A stretch of DNA of 64,000 nucleotides from Eledone cirrhosa (GCA_964016885.1 OZ024748.1:24180001-24244000), one strand, 5' to 3'; shown: positions 43,080 to 58,431, counted from the first letter of the stretch. Notes: a model not told the origin generated them from the sequence alone. A program made the numbers and translations.

Positions 43080-43990
43080 GAAATCAACCCCTTTTACATG
43101 TGCCAATACAGATTATACTCAGTACCAGTTTACCAATATTGATGACATATATGGTGAAACAAGTAAGGGGTTAACATTACGCAATAGTTCCTAAGTTTAC
43201 GGGAGGTTAACCACTATCCAGCAACCTTTACGAGTCTCGTGTAAAGCCCAAAGCTTAAAATAAAAGAAAAGAAACAACTCACCCAGATCTGTTCCTGAAA
43301 TCTCCACATTTCAGTGAGGGAACAGATGTATCTCAGAAAGTTATTCGTTAGGAATATTCAAGAAATTTCTTTTAGACATTATTATCATAAGGATGCCACC
43401 CCTACACTAACAACACGTATGCGCTTAGAACCCCCATCCACAACAGGAAGATATGTTTGTTTCTGTGGTTAATTCTTCTACTAGACAGAGTGCACCAAAT
43501 GCACTGAATGTTACATCAGAATGTAACATTCTGTACTTACATATCCGAATGAAAGAACATCTCCACACATGCGTCTCATCACACTGATACAAGGACAAAT
43601 GCCAGAACTAGGGACATGGTGGTTACTATGAGAGCCTCACTGACCGAGATACTGGGAACCTGCGGATGAAATAATCAGTCCTTGTACAACAACAGAAACT
43701 AATTATCAACAGCCGGCAATAATAGAATAACAATTGAACTCGGACAAGACAAAAATATCTGCCCAATTTGAATAACAGTGAGTAAATTATTTTAAAATGC
43801 AATATATATTAAAACCTTAATGTAAATTAAGCGGACAAATTTTGTTCTATTTAGGTTTATGTAGACCTTAAATAGCTATACAGGGGTAGTCTTTCGTCGG
43901 AAAGGAAACAGGAAAGTGATCTCTGATGAGGATAAATGAAAACTTGAAACTAACCAAATTGATGTGTTTTGCTGGGTACAGAGAAATAAA
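43080..43990 (+). mobile_element. Highly degenerate Penelope-like remnant with decayed hammerhead-like motif near 43918-43985
   Basis: CTKCTECYI...LHIRMKEHL-like GIY-YIG remnants. Downstream CTGATGAG...GAAAC followed by AATAAA. Confidence 0.5.
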
Positions 43991-44308
43991 CATATGATGT
44001 AAACACTCTGTTTACATTTTAATTCGAGGCTAAAAATACAGACTATATGGGGCGTGCGTGCATACGTATATATATATATATATATATTAGAGCAAACATC
44101 ACGAGCGCTCTATCTCAAAATTATTTTTGAAAAGCATTAGAAATGCGCAACCGATAAAAACTTAAAACTAAAACTGAATACTAACCAATACTTATTACTA
44201 ATTTATACTTATTCCTAATTAAACTATTTTTCACTGGGAAAAATTTGTCACCATTTTCTTTTCCTTTTACTAATATATCACAACTCGTGTGTTACACCTC
44301 TATTTTTT

Positions 44309-44375
<67 letters not shown>

Positions 44376-44580
44376 GTATGTATGTATTTATGTATGTATG
44401 TATGTATGTATATATATATATATATATATATATACATACATAAATACATACATACATAAATACATATATACATACATCATGAATGTGTGTGTATGAATGT
44501 ATATGTGTATGAATGTATGTGTGTATGGGAATGCATATATATGCATTTATATATATTTGTATGTAGGGACAAACATATGC

Positions 44581-44631
<51 letters not shown>

Positions 44632-45000
44632 CGCGCGCGCGCGCATTGCTTATTTGATTACGTAGATAAAAATAAAACACCTCTGTACGCCGCATATGGT
44701 TTGTATTTGTGTATACACAGGAACACACTCACACACACACATCCACACATAAACACGCACTCACACACGCATCCACACTCCCACACACACATTCACACAT
44801 ACACACACACATACACACATGCACACACTCACATATGCACAGACATTCACACACATTCATACACACACAAACACACACTCACGCATGCACACACACTCAC
44901 GCATGCACACACACACTCACAACATTTACACACGCACACATACATACACACATACACACACACACACTCTCACATCTACACTCCCACACACATACTCACA

Positions 45001-45075
<75 letters not shown>

Positions 45076-46259
45076 ACACACACACACACATTGGTATCCC
45101 GAAATATTTTATGAATGAGATTATTCCGACTTCAAATGAGATGTTTACAAATAATTCCTGAATACCAAATTGTGTGTGAGTGTATGTGTGTATTTGTGTG
45201 TGTATTTGTGTGTATGTGCGTATGTGTGTGTATGTATGAGTGTATGTCTGTGTGAGTGTGTACGTGTGGGTAGGTTAGGTAAGTGCGTCTATGTATGTAT
45301 GAGCGTATGTATGTGTGTGTGAGTTTGTGTGAAAGTATGTGTGTTAGAGAGAGAGTATGTGTGTGTGAGTATGTATGTAGACATTTTATTTGCATGTGTA
45401 TGTGTGGGCGTGCGTGTTTGTATAGGTGTTTGTATAGGTGTGTGTGTCTGTGTATGTGAATGTGTGTTTTCTATTTGTGTGTCTATATTTATCTATGTGT
45501 ATGTGCGCGTGCGTAAACATTGTAGCTGCCTGTGTGGGCGTAGGTGTGTGTGAGTGTATGTGTATGTGTGTGTGATTTTATACGTGTACGAGCATGTCTG
45601 TGTATGTGTGTGTATGTGTGAGCGTTTGAATACATGCACTCGTATTTGTGCGTGTGTCTATGTGTGTGTATGTGTCTGTTTGTGTATGTGTGTGTGTTTA
45701 TGCGTGTGACTGTGTATCTGGGTGTGTCTATGTGTGTCTATGTGTGTGTCTGTCTATGTGTATCTCTGTGTACGTGTGTGTGTCTATGTGTATGTGTGTG
45801 TCTGTGTTTGTATGTGTGTTTATGTGTGTGACTTTGTGTATGTGACTGTATATATGTGTCTATGTGTATACGTGTGTCTGTGTCTATGTGTGTCTGTCTG
45901 TCTATGTGTATGTCTGTCTATGTGTGTGTCTGTCTACGTGTATCTCTGTGTACGTGTGTGTGTCTATGTGTATGTGTGTGTCTGTGTATGTATGTGTGTG
46001 TATGTGTGTTTATGTGTGTGTGTATGTGTGTTTATGTGTGTGACTTTGTGTATGTGACTGTATATATGTGTCTATGTGTATACGTGTGTCTGTGTCTATG
46101 TGTGTGTCTGTGTCTATGCGTGTGTGTCTGTCTACGTGTGTGAGTGATGATAGTAAAAGCAGACGATAGTGGTGGTGGAGCGCAATAGTTGTTATGTAAG
46201 CGAGTCGGTGTTGTGGCTGGCGTCTGTCTAACAATGTTAGCAATACAGAGAATTGGCAA

Positions 46260-47151
46260 GCTGCTGTTGTTGCTGTTGTTGTTGTTGTTGCTGCTTCTCT
46301 TGCTGTTGTTGTTGTTGTTGTTGCTGCTGTGGTGCTTCTCTTGCTGTTGTTGTTGTTGTTGCTGCTGCTTCTCTTGCTGTTGTTGCTGTTGTTGCTGCTG
46401 CTTCTCTTGCTGTTGTTGCTGTTGTTGCTATTGTTGTTGCTGCTGTTGCTGCTTCTCTTGCTGTTGTTGCTGTTGTTGCTGCTGCTTCTCTTGCTGTTGT
46501 TGCTGTTGTTGTTGCTGTTGTTGCTGCTTCTCTTGCTGTTGTTGCTGTTGTTGTTGCTGCTGTTGTTGCTGTTGTTGTTGCTGCTGTTGCTGCTTCTCTT
46601 GCTGTTGTTGCTGCTGTTGCTGCTTCTCTTGCTGTTGTTGTTGTTGTTGCTGCTTCTCTTGTTGTTGTTGTTGTTGTTGCTGCTTCTCTTGTTGTTGTTG
46701 TTGTTGTTGCTGCTTCTCTTGCTGTTGTTGCTGCTGTTGCTGCTTCTCTTGCTGTTGTTGTTGTTGTTGTTGTTGCTGCTTCTCTTGTTGTTGTTGTTGT
46801 TGTTGCTGCTTCTCTTGCTCTTGTTGTTGTTGTTGCTGATGTTGTTGTTGTTGTTGCTGATGATGCTAATCTTGCTGTTGTTGCTGTTGTTGCTGCTTCT
46901 CTTGCTGTTGTTGCTGTTGTTGTTGCTGCTTCTCTTGCTGTTGTTGTTGTTGTTGTTGCTGCTTCTCTTGCTGTTGTTGCTGCTCTTGCTGTTGTTGTTG
47001 TTGCTGCTGCTGCTTTTGCTGCTGTGGTTGTTGTTGTTGCTGTTGTTGCTGCTGCTTCTCTTGCAGTTGTTGTTGTTGTTGTTGTTGTTGCTGCTGCTGC
47101 TTCTCTTGTTGTTGTTGCTGCTGCTGCTGCTGCTCCTCTTGTTCTTGTTGT

Positions 47152-47182
<31 letters not shown>

Positions 47183-47436
47183 CTTGCTGCTGTTGTTGTT
47201 GCTGTTGTTGCTATTGCTATTGTTGTTGTTATTGTTTTTGTTGGTGTTGTTACTGATGCTGGCGTTGTTGTTGTTGCTGTTGTTTTTTTCTGCTACTGTT
47301 GCTGCTATTGCTGCTGCTGCTGCTATTACTGTTGTTGGTGTTGCTGCTCCTGTTCTTGTTATTGTTCTTGTTGTTGCTGTTATTACTACTGCTGTTGTTG
47401 TTGTTGTTGCTGTTATTATTGCTGTTGCTGTTGCTC

Positions 47437-47510
<74 letters not shown>

Positions 47511-47514
47511 GCTT

Positions 47515-47592
<78 letters not shown>

Positions 47593-47610
47593 TTGTTGTT
47601 GTTGTTTTTG
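46260..47610 (+). repeat. (TTG)/(CTG) trinucleotide-derived minisatellite
   Basis: Repeats of GCTGCTTCTCTTGCTGTTGTT ending in pure (TTG)n. Confidence 0.95.
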
Positions 47611-48507
47611 TTGTTTACTTACATATTAACATAGGTATCTTGTTTCCTAACTAGATTTCTTTGTTTTGGTAAATACTAGTTCGAAAGGGAAGATAAATTG
47701 TGTGATGGGGGGGGGGGGGAGGTAAGGGAGAGGCCGTGTGATGAAAAGGAAACTATGAGAATGAGTACCCAAACATCACCTGCCCAATGACACTGGCTTG
47801 AATGGTGCGGGGTAATGCTCTTTGGTGTGTAGACCCCAGGAGCAAGCCATCACGTGGTCCCAGCGGATAGAAGAGAGAAAGCGTTACCCCTCCTGAGGAC
47901 AGCCAAGGAGAATCACTGAAAAAATAGCCATTATAATTGTTGGGTCTCATTCCTGCGGCGGGTGGCCAACTCTGCCTCAGACCAGTCAACTCTCCCCGTC
48001 CGACGGGAAGATCTCCCACCCACTTTGGTGAGAGATGTCTTCTCTTGTGAAAATGGTTTCACTTTCATTATGTAAAATCTCTTCATTTTGCCTCATTTCT
48101 CCCCGTTTTGGGGCACTTTTTTTCATAGTACTCCCTATTTGGGTTTTTAGAGGTAGGCAGGTCTGCCGCCTCGATAGTTGTGACTAAGGAGGTAGTCTGG
48201 GAACCAAGAACACCTGAAGTCTTCACCGCTAAATGTTTGACCAGAAAACGACGTTTATTGAACGCAAGAAGAGAAGGGTTATTAATGGTAATTTAATATT
48301 CATTCTTCAGATAAAACGTATATCAGTATATGAGTATATGTAGTTGAATTAGAAGATCTTGCCGTAACTTTGACTTAATAAAATAGACAAATAATAACGA
48401 TGTGTATAAACCTACTGAACGGGAAAAGATAGGGATCAGTACATGTGAGAGTAGATACCCATCTTGTTTCCGTCTAGTGGATCTTACGCCCCGTTATTAT
48501 TAGACTA

Positions 48508-48790
48508 AGGTGGCGAATTGGCAGAGTCGTAAGAACGTCGGATAGAATGCTTTACGGTCTTAGTTCCGGCACTCTGCTCTCTGAGTTCAAATCCTGCCCA
48601 AGTCAACATTGCCTTTCATCCTTTTGAGGTCGATAAAAAAGTACAAGTCTATTCTTCCTCTCTCTTGGCGAAATCTGCTGTACTCAGGCCTGGAGATGGA
48701 TGGGCTCCGCCAGGCTTAAAATGCCCAAGAAACGCCGTATGTCAATACTGCGCTCCTACGATTCTATCGGCTGTTACGGGTCTGTACATA
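48508..48790 (+). mobile_element. Nin/Deu-core SINE, variant 3' body
   Basis: Head TGGCAGAGTCG, B-box GTTCAAATCC, core GCCTTTCATCCTTTTGAGGTCGATAAAA. The tail is shared with 25135-25230 and 57905-58140. Confidence 0.75.
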
Positions 48791-48906
48791 TATTATCAGA
48801 CTATCTTATTTAGTCAAAGTTCCGGTGAGATCTTCTAATTCAATTTTCTAAGCATACGTATAGTTGTTTTGATTAAAATATACTTTTAAACTCCCTACAC
48901 ACCACC

Positions 48907-49175
48907 ATAGGTGCAGAGCTGGCTAGCTGCAGCAGTGAGCCTCGTGAGCTGGAATGGCTCTTCCAGCGCGCCTCCCTCGCCATCCTCCAGAGAAACGCCT
49001 TCTCTATTCTGTCCGCCGGGGGTCGTGAGGCGGCCAGCGCGTGGGACCCCATTTGTGAAAGATAGGGTGGGCGCGAGATACGGAGGCGATGGCAGTGGGA
49101 GTTTGGTTCCTCTGTGTTCGGACTTGGTGTACATGTGTGTGTAATTTTACACTATTACAATATAATGTCCTATTA
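48907..49175 (+). mobile_element. CRE-clade-like non-LTR retrotransposon 3' end
   Basis: The frame from 48907 (not in the ORF track) reads IGAELASCSSEPRELEWLFQRASLAILQRNAFSIL...stop at 49063-49065. This resembles the CRE/RLE C-terminal motif EPRExxWLFQRxSLAIxRGNA. The segment is a GC-rich island. Confidence 0.7.
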
Positions 49176-49300
49176 AGAAATTACTGTACACAATATATTT
49201 TATCAAGGCACAACTAAAGACAAAAAGGAATGTTACTTTTAAGCTTCAACAGTAACATTCACCGTCCGATGTGAATTAAAATGACTTTACCTGGAGAGCG

Positions 49301-49458
49301 AAACTATGTAATATATAGATATTTGTAGAGAAACAGTGTAATATATACATATTTGTAGAGAAACAGTGTAATATATACATATTTGTAGAGAAACAGTGTA
49401 ATATATACATATTTGTAGAGAAACAGTGTAATATATACATATTTGTAGAGAAACAGTA
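49301..49458 (+). repeat. 30-bp tandem repeat, ~5.3 copies
   Basis: AAACAGTGTAATATATACATATTTGTAGAG at 49331, 49361, 49391 and 49421, with a variant at 49301. Confidence 0.95.
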
Positions 49459-49747
49459 CAAGATTTAACTGAAGCCGCGGGAATGCGAAAATACTTACAA
49501 GTGACATACGTACGCATCTAGTTATCTCTCTCTCTGTATATATATATATATATTAAGGGCCACTAGGAGAAGTAAATATTTATATTATATTTTTTAATGT
49601 ATTTTAAAAAATTGATTGAATTTTACTTGTTCTGCTTATCTTAATATTAAAGTTCTGGTGTATCAAATTAATACCATTGAACAACCTTGAATCATAGACA
49701 ACCTATGTATTTCTGGGGGTACCTAGTATCCCTGGACATATTAACTT

Positions 49748-49789
<42 letters not shown>

Positions 49790-49799
49790 GCACACTCAC

Positions 49800-49977
49800 A
49801 TCATCATCATCATCATCATCATTTTACGTCCGCTTGCAAGGGTTGGACGGGTCCTATTCAGCACAGCATCTCTCCACTTGTCACTTCGTCATCTCCTCCG
49901 TGAGTTTCAGCGATCTGAGGTCAGCTCTCACCACCTCCGCCCATGTTTTTCGTGGTCTACCTCTACTGCGTCTTCCT
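49800..49977 (-). mobile_element. RTE-clade LINE 3' end with (ATG)n tail
   Basis: The minus strand reads [30 protein letters not shown], then a short UTR and TGA/ATG repeat tail. Confidence 0.8.
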
Positions 49978-50031
49978 TAAATATATAGATAGATGATAGA
50001 TAGATATATGTATGTATGTATATATACGTAA

Positions 50032-50160
<129 letters not shown>

Positions 50161-50889
50161 TATATCTGTGTGTGTGTGAGAGAGAGAGAGAGAGGGGGGG
50201 CGGAGGGCAGCGTATATGTATTTCTCTGTGGGTTGAAAAAGAGTGAACGATCAGGATTTGTTTCAGTTCGTGGAAAACTAGGTAAAAAAGCCACATGTTT
50301 ACATGTCAAGTATATGTGTTTACACATTTGCGCAGCTTCGGCAAAACCTTGCATTGTTTCTCTGCAACATATGCACTTATCGTACATATATATCTCAGCT
50401 GCGTCATGCAGAATTTCATAGAACTAATTTATCAGGGGCTTACATTTTATTTACTCTGTCAAAATTGAGTTTCTTTTGGTGGTAATTGAAGTAATAAACA
50501 TTAATGGAAGATGTGTAAAGGAGTGTAAAGGACGTATAACACTTGGTGGAATGGACCTCCGTTGGTTTCGACGATGGAGTGTATCAGTTGTTCGTTCAAT
50601 CAATGGCACAATCTGCTCATGAAATTAGCGTATAAGTGGCTGCTGAGAATTCTACAGACACGAGTACCGTTATTGTAGTTCTCGGGAGGGTTCAGCTAGC
50701 CCTTTTGAATAACAGGTACGATCTATTTGAGTTGACTGAAACAACGTGAAAGAAAGAGTGTTTTGCTCAAGAACACAGTGTATTGAACCACTGGGTATTG
50801 AACTAAGTACCAAGCTATGCACCTGCATAGAAGTCACTACAATATCTATTATACAATATCTATTATACACCTGTTTCCAAATGAATCCA

Positions 50890-50963
<74 letters not shown>

Positions 50964-51021
50964 GAGTGTGTGTGTGTGTATATGTATATATATATATATA
51001 TATACAATAGACACACTCATG

Positions 51022-51066
<45 letters not shown>

Positions 51067-51103
51067 ACACACATACTCATGTGTGTATATATATATGTAT
51101 ATA

Positions 51104-51160
<57 letters not shown>

Positions 51161-51164
<4 letters not shown>

Positions 51165-51660
51165 GGAATAGAATGAAACGAAATTTCATTTCTCACTCTA
51201 CGGCAGTTACTTAAATGTAAGTATGTATGTATACGTACATACATATATGTATACAGACGTACAGTAGTATGTATATATATACATACATGCACACATATAT
51301 ATATATGCACGTATCGGTTTACCGAACATTTATTATAATGCTCAGCTGTTAATATGCATAAGGAAAGTATATACTTCCAGACGTTCAACCATCTGGCAGG
51401 AAGGTATACGATGCTGACGAGAGCTAATAAGCTTGAAACTAGTACATCGTTCCTGTGTCAGTGTTGAACAAAAAGGTGACGTGGTTGCCTAAACACTGTA
51501 CGGCGTAATTAGGGCTGTTTGTTTGTTTACAAACAAACCGAGCATTATAAATAAATGTTCGGTAAACCGATACGTGCATATATATATATATGTGTGCATT
51601 TATGTATATATATACATACTACTGTACGTCTGTATACATATATGTATGTACGTACATACT

Positions 51661-51664
<4 letters not shown>
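51161..51664 (+). mobile_element. Diverged dispersed copy of the 472-bp retrozyme unit with an inverted 5' segment
   Basis: 51339-51664 is the ribozyme-sense strand of most of the unit. 51161-51343 is an inverted piece of the same unit. Arms 51219-51343 and 51540-51662 are reverse complements. Confidence 0.9.
51408..51450 (+). ncRNA. Minimal type I hammerhead ribozyme, same family as the array
   Basis: ACGAUG-CUGACGA-G-AGCU-AAUA-AGCU-U-GAAAC-UA-GUA|CAUCGU. Perfect 6-bp stem I, cleavage after 51444. Confidence 0.9.
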
Positions 51665-51705
<41 letters not shown>

Positions 51706-52307
51706 GAGTGTGTGTGAGAAATTGTGAGAGAACCTCTCTGAGAATATTTTGTTCTCCATGATGATTCTAACTTGTCTGGCAACTCAATATTCTTGTTAAA
51801 CCTGTGTTGGTAATTTGTCGGCCCCTTTTTTTATATCTCTTTCCATTTTCCTTTCGTTGGGTCTGTTTTTCATCTACCAAACCCGACCCGAAAAAGTATC
51901 TCGGAAAATACATTATATAAATATATGCACCACTTAGAGAACATTAGTCTACGACCTCTTTTATACCATAAACGTGGTTCTGTCCTTGCACGTAATTGTT
52001 TTTCACCGCTCCTATTAATGACGTATTATTCGTTTTTTCCCGTTCTTTGCCAGCGAACGTCACCATGAACCAAAGTATCGTCTTCCTGTCTTCCTCCGGT
52101 TGCAACGTTTTTTGAAATATCCAGTTCTGCGTTTACAGATTGACTTTGTTAGTTTCAGAAGATCCCGTTAAGGGTGAAAGCAGCGATTCTTTGCTTAAAC
52201 TTTAATCTGTTATTTTAATAAATATTTGCTCTTCGGTTCTTATATATTTGATATATATTTTCCTTATCGAGCCCTCTCTGGATTTTAGTCTTCAATTTTA
52301 TTATTAT

Positions 52308-52351
<44 letters not shown>

Positions 52352-53689
52352 ATTTATATATGTATATGTGTGTGTACAGGTGCGTATATATTATTATTAT
52401 AAACTGAAACTTCTTGAATCGTTACTCTGTTTCGCGTTGCCTCATATTCAAACAACTGAAGTGGTAAAGCAACGTGACAACATGTAAGAAAAAATATTCG
52501 TAAACACATCAAAATATTATTTGTCATCGAGAATTGATTGGTTGCTGAAAATATTTCAACAATAATTCACACATTCCTCTGTTCAACTGTCCTACATACA
52601 ACAAGCCATATATTCTTTCTTCTACTGCAAAAGCCATCTTTTAAATGCACGAAGATAAGTAGGTGGTTATTTTGACTAATGTTTTGGTGTTGAGGAATAA
52701 ATGAATGTATTTGTCTTGGTTTTCTTTCATGTTTTTGTTGTTGTTGTTTTTTTGTTTTTCTTTTTCTTTTCATTTGATTAACAAGTTTTAGAGGGAAATA
52801 AACTATTCTAACCAGTTGTCAGGAGGAAATCCCCCATAAATATCTATGAAAGAATCTGCATGAATTCATCGATTCCGAATATTTGTTCAAAATGGCAAAT
52901 GGTTTTAATAGGATGTTGTACTTTTCCGAGGGAAAACGCTCACACCTCTTGGACCCATTGGTGCGGGTTCAATAACAGACCAATTAATTTTTAAAATGTT
53001 AAGGTTATCGCCCTTTTAATTCCAAATATGTTTGGATAGCGTAGTAGTGATGTGCCTTTGTAGGTGTCTTAATGAGAAACCTATAAACGGGATTTTCAAT
53101 TAGTTTTTTTGTTTCACTGTTATTTGCAAGAAAGACCTTAACTTGAAAGATTTATGATTTAGAAACACATATACCGATGAAAAGGCCAGTATTAGAGTGG
53201 AAAAAATGTGTGCGTTCATGTCGGAAGTTTTACTTTTGTTTATACAACGAAATTTTAGTGCGACCCTAACTCACTTTAATGCTACTTCTATTAAAGGTCT
53301 TATGATATCTATTTTCTATTGGAAAATCCTTATTTATAAGGTTTAGGAAAATCCTAGCAACACCGGAATTAACATTTAAAGTTTACGGAGGATTATACCA
53401 TGTAGCATTTAAATTCCTATTTTTGCGCATTAGTGTTGTTCTCTGAAGCCACTGTCTTTTAATTCATTATTACAATTTTGATCAACATAGTTCAATGTTT
53501 ACACACCAGAGACTACACTGGATATGTAATTACTGGTATTATTAACTAAAACGTTAGAGATTATTGTAGGGTAGTTGAAATTTATATTAATATGCAGAAA
53601 TTTGTCGTTTGATTTACAATAAGGACAGTATTTACCACTAAGACTTGAGTTACTCTATTACTAATGTACATTTTAGATGTTTTTTATGT

Positions 53690-53731
<42 letters not shown>

Positions 53732-53759
53732 TCTCTCTCTCACTCACTCTCTCCTTCTC

Positions 53760-53820
<61 letters not shown>

Positions 53821-53860
53821 TGAACTGTATTATTTTGGTGAGTTGTAAGCTGTTTACTTT

Positions 53861-53935
<75 letters not shown>

Positions 53936-54006
53936 GGAAAAGTAAATAACAACAACAAGGAGTACAGTTACGAAAGGTGTTAGGTATTAGGTTCGCGCTT
54001 GAGAGT

Positions 54007-54105
<99 letters not shown>

Positions 54106-54186
54106 TCATATATATATATGTATATATGTATGTAAATATTATACATACACATTCTTAACACAACTCCTGCAATATAATCAGTATAT

Positions 54187-54221
<35 letters not shown>

Positions 54222-54829
54222 GGGGGAGAGAGAGGAGGGGTCTTATCAAATACTACCTTAAACTTAATCAGTTGTCATCTACACAGTCCCATATCGTGGA
54301 ATTTGGAGAAAAACATGCACACACATAGACACACACACATATACACATAGACACATACACACACATAGTCACACACACATATACACATAGACACATACAC
54401 ACACATAGTCACACACACATATACACATAGACACACACGCATACACACACACACACACACATACACATAGACATACACACACATATACACATAGACACAC
54501 ACACACACACATAGACACACACACACACACATAGACACATACACATATACACATAGACACACACATAGACACACACACATATACACATAGACACATACAC
54601 ACACAGACACCCACACACATATACACACACATATACACATAGACACATACACACATAGACACACACACACACATATACATAGACACACACACACACATAG
54701 ACACACACACATATACACATAGACACACACACACATAGACACACACACATATATACATAGAAACACACACACACACACATAGACACATACAAACGTGCAC
54801 ACATACGTGCATACACACACACACACATA

Positions 54830-54900
<71 letters not shown>

Positions 54901-54978
54901 ATTCAACAGCCTGGTACAAGCAAGGCGCCTTAGTTACGCATGGTTTGAAAATGATGAACGGTTGACTGACAACAAACG

Positions 54979-55037
<59 letters not shown>

Positions 55038-55179
55038 GCTGCTTTTGAGATGGAGAAATGGGAAGAGGAGGAGGAGGAGGGGGGCATGAGGAGGAGATCG
55101 AGGAGGAGGAAGAAGAGGAGGAGGGGAACGAGACAAGAACCTCACTAACGGTAACGATGTAAACCATTTCTAGAAGGAC

Positions 55180-55605
55180 TACATCTACAACAACTACAAC
55201 GTCAACAACAACTACTACTACAACGTCAACAACAACTACAACGTCAATAACAACGACCATAACGTCAATAACGTCAACAACAGCAACGACCATAACGTCA
55301 ATAACGTCAACAACAACAATAACTACAACGTCAACACCACGATCATAACGTCAATAACGTCAACAACACCGACCATAACGTCAATAACGTCAACAACACC
55401 AACCATAACGTCAACAACACGACCATAACGTTAATAACGTCAACAACACGACCATAACGTCAACAACAACGACCATAACGTCAATAACGTCAACAACAAC
55501 GACCACAACGTCAATAACACCGACCATAACGTCAATAACGTCAACAACAACGACCATAACGTCAACAACACCCTCCATAACGTCAATAACGTCAACAACA
55601 ACATC
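55180..55605 (+). repeat. Minisatellite GACCATAACGTCAATAACGTCAACAACA
   Basis: Directly visible ~18-30 bp tandem units. Confidence 0.9.
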
Positions 55606-55954
55606 CTGAACAACATTCGTACCAAAATAGTTACTCGACCTGCTAGAAATAATTTCCCTCAAATCTTAAATGAAGACACGTTGGATAATGTCCCTGCGTT
55701 CCCTGTACATTTCTAACAGAGTGTACCCTTGGTCATAGGTTTATCTGCTCGACCAGTGTTATCCTGAGGCTAAACAACAATCACATTTCTAACAGGGTGT
55801 ACCTTTGATCATATGTCTGTCTGCTTGGTCAGTGTTGACCTGGGGTTAAACAACAACCAGCTATCTGAACAACAACAATCACAACATTTCTAACCAGAAC
55901 AACAACAAACAGAAACTGAACAACAAAAACAATAATCAATAATAACAGACATAG

Positions 55955-56925
55955 AAACAACAACAACAACAACAACAACAGTAGTAACAACAACATCTAG
56001 TCAAATATCAGAATATGGACACATACCACAGCTAGAAGAACTGCAAGTAGGACAACAGTAGCAACTATAACTACAACACACAGCAGTAACAACAACAACA
56101 CAACATCACATTAACAACAGCTTCAACTACAACACAAAACAACAACACCACCACACAACAACAACAACAACAACAACAACACAACCACAACAGCATCACA
56201 CATCAACAACTGGAACTACAACAGGCAACAGCGACAACACACAACATTCCACAATAACAACACAACAACAGCATCACAAAAACAACAACTCACACCAACA
56301 ACACAACAACAGCATCACAACAACACAACCAAAACAGCATCACAACAACACAACAATAACTACCTCAACTCACAACAACAACAGCATCACAAGAACAACA
56401 ACTCACACCAACAACACAACAACAGCATCACAACAACAACACAACCAAAACAGCATCACAACAACACAACAACTACCTCAACTCACAACAACAACAGCAT
56501 CACAACAACAACTCACACCAACAACACAACAGCATCACAACAACAACACAATCAAAACAGCATCACAACAACACAACAACAACTACCTCAACTCACAACA
56601 ACAGCAGCATCACAACAACAACAACTCACACCAACAACACAACAACAGCATCACAACAACAACAACAAAACCAAAACAGCATCACAACAACACAACAACA
56701 ACTACCTCAACTCACAACAACAGCATCACAACAACAACAACAACAACAACACCATCACAACAACAACAACTCACAACAACACAACAACAGCATCACAACA
56801 ACTCACAACAACTCACAACAATAACAACAACAACAACAACTCACAACAACAACTCACAACAACAACAACAACAACAACAACAACTCACAACAACAACTCA
56901 CAACAACAACAACAACAACAACAAG
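55955..56925 (+). repeat. (CAA)n-derived minisatellite with ~105-bp higher-order units
   Basis: Recurrent ACAGCATCACAACAAC / AACTACCTCAACTCAC blocks. Confidence 0.9.
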
Positions 56926-57361
56926 CCGTTAAACAATGAAGAATAGAAGGAAGAGAAAGGAATATGAAGGCATCTAATCTAGTTGTGTCAGATATTAGAA
57001 ATGGCGCCAACTGGTTACATAATGGCGCCTGGCTGACGCTGTGAGGCTGAAAAACAGGCGTCCCGTCAGATATTAGGCACACAGAGACTAGACCAACTTG
57101 ATTCAAGCACCGAAACAAATTAGAATTGAATAAATAATAACTTTATATTCTTTCAACCCAGATTTTTACCATCGTATTTTTTACTCATTTTGTTTTCCTC
57201 GGATATATTTCGATGTTTATTCATGTTATTTTTTTTAAATATATATATTTGAGAGAAAGAGCTGCGTATGCTTTAATACGACATTTTTGTCTTTCATTTT
57301 AAATAGAAAACATCTCTCTTTCCTTCTTACATACATAGATACGTGTGTGTGTGTGTGTCTG

Positions 57362-57471
<110 letters not shown>

Positions 57472-58141
57472 CGTGTGCGTGTGTGTGTGCGTGTGCGTGT
57501 GTGCGTGCGTGTGTGTGTCTGTGTTATGGCTCAAAGAATTACACGAACAAGTAGGCAAAGTAGTTTTTATATCAAGAATGTTTGGTGTAAGGTGAAAATT
57601 TCATTAATAGTTACTTCAAGTTAAACATTCGTGATCTTCAGTGAGACAAGCTGCGTTATCGTTCTTTTAAATTCACATTAATTCTATAATCTATTCGGAT
57701 AAGAATTCGGATAAGAGTGTTATAACCTTTCCGTCTTCATCTTCACGTTGATCATACATTGTATGTTGGTTATTGATCCATATATATATATATACCTTCA
57801 TACTGGAGTTTGGTTTACAATGAGAAGAGTATTTACTAATACTTAACACTATAGTTACTATACTACTAAACCATAATTTATGTACCGTATTTCCCAGCGC
57901 AGAAGACGCTCTCTGCTCTCTGAGTTCAAATCCCACCGTGGTCAGCTTTGCCTTTCATCCATTCGAGATCAATAGAAAAAAAGTACCAGTCAATTATTCA
58001 GATCGATCCAGCCTCTGTATCTCTTTCTCACTTCATTTCTGGAAGAATTCTACTGTACTCAGATCTGGAGAGGGGATGGGCTCATGGTGCCCTTACGACT
58101 CCCTCAGGAGATAGGGGTCCATAACATACCATATTAAATAT

Positions 58142-58431
58142 CAGTCATGGGCAACCTGCGACCCTCGAAGCTTTCTGAATGGTTCACCTAAGTCACTTAA
58201 GTGAAATCTTTCTGATTTTTTTTACCCCAACTATTCAGTAGTAATTTCTCTTTCTATCATTTTTACGATCGAGGAAAACAACGTGGACGAATTCTGAAGA
58301 AACAAATCAAAACAACCTGAGTTACCGCCCTTTTTTAATGTGGGCACGAATGTAAATTAGCGATTGCGGCCCGCCTGATGATGAGCCATATCTCATGCGG
58401 CCCACTTCTCAAAAAAGGTTGCCCGTGCTTG
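58142..58431. mobile_element. hAT (Charlie-like) non-autonomous element / MITE
   Basis: Imperfect 16-bp TIRs CAGTCATGGGCAACCT / AGGTTGCCCGTGCTTG, 8-bp TSD TTAAATAT / TTATATAT (7/8 match), subterminal GCGGCCC motifs. Confidence 0.8.

Noticed and set aside
47750-48050. Possible HDV-like ribozyme or LINE 5' UTR in a GC-richer island
   Set aside because: I could not assemble the nested double pseudoknot by eye, and there is no linked ORF.
51720-52250. Possible decayed ORF on the minus strand
   Set aside because: Multiple stops and no motif I can recognise.
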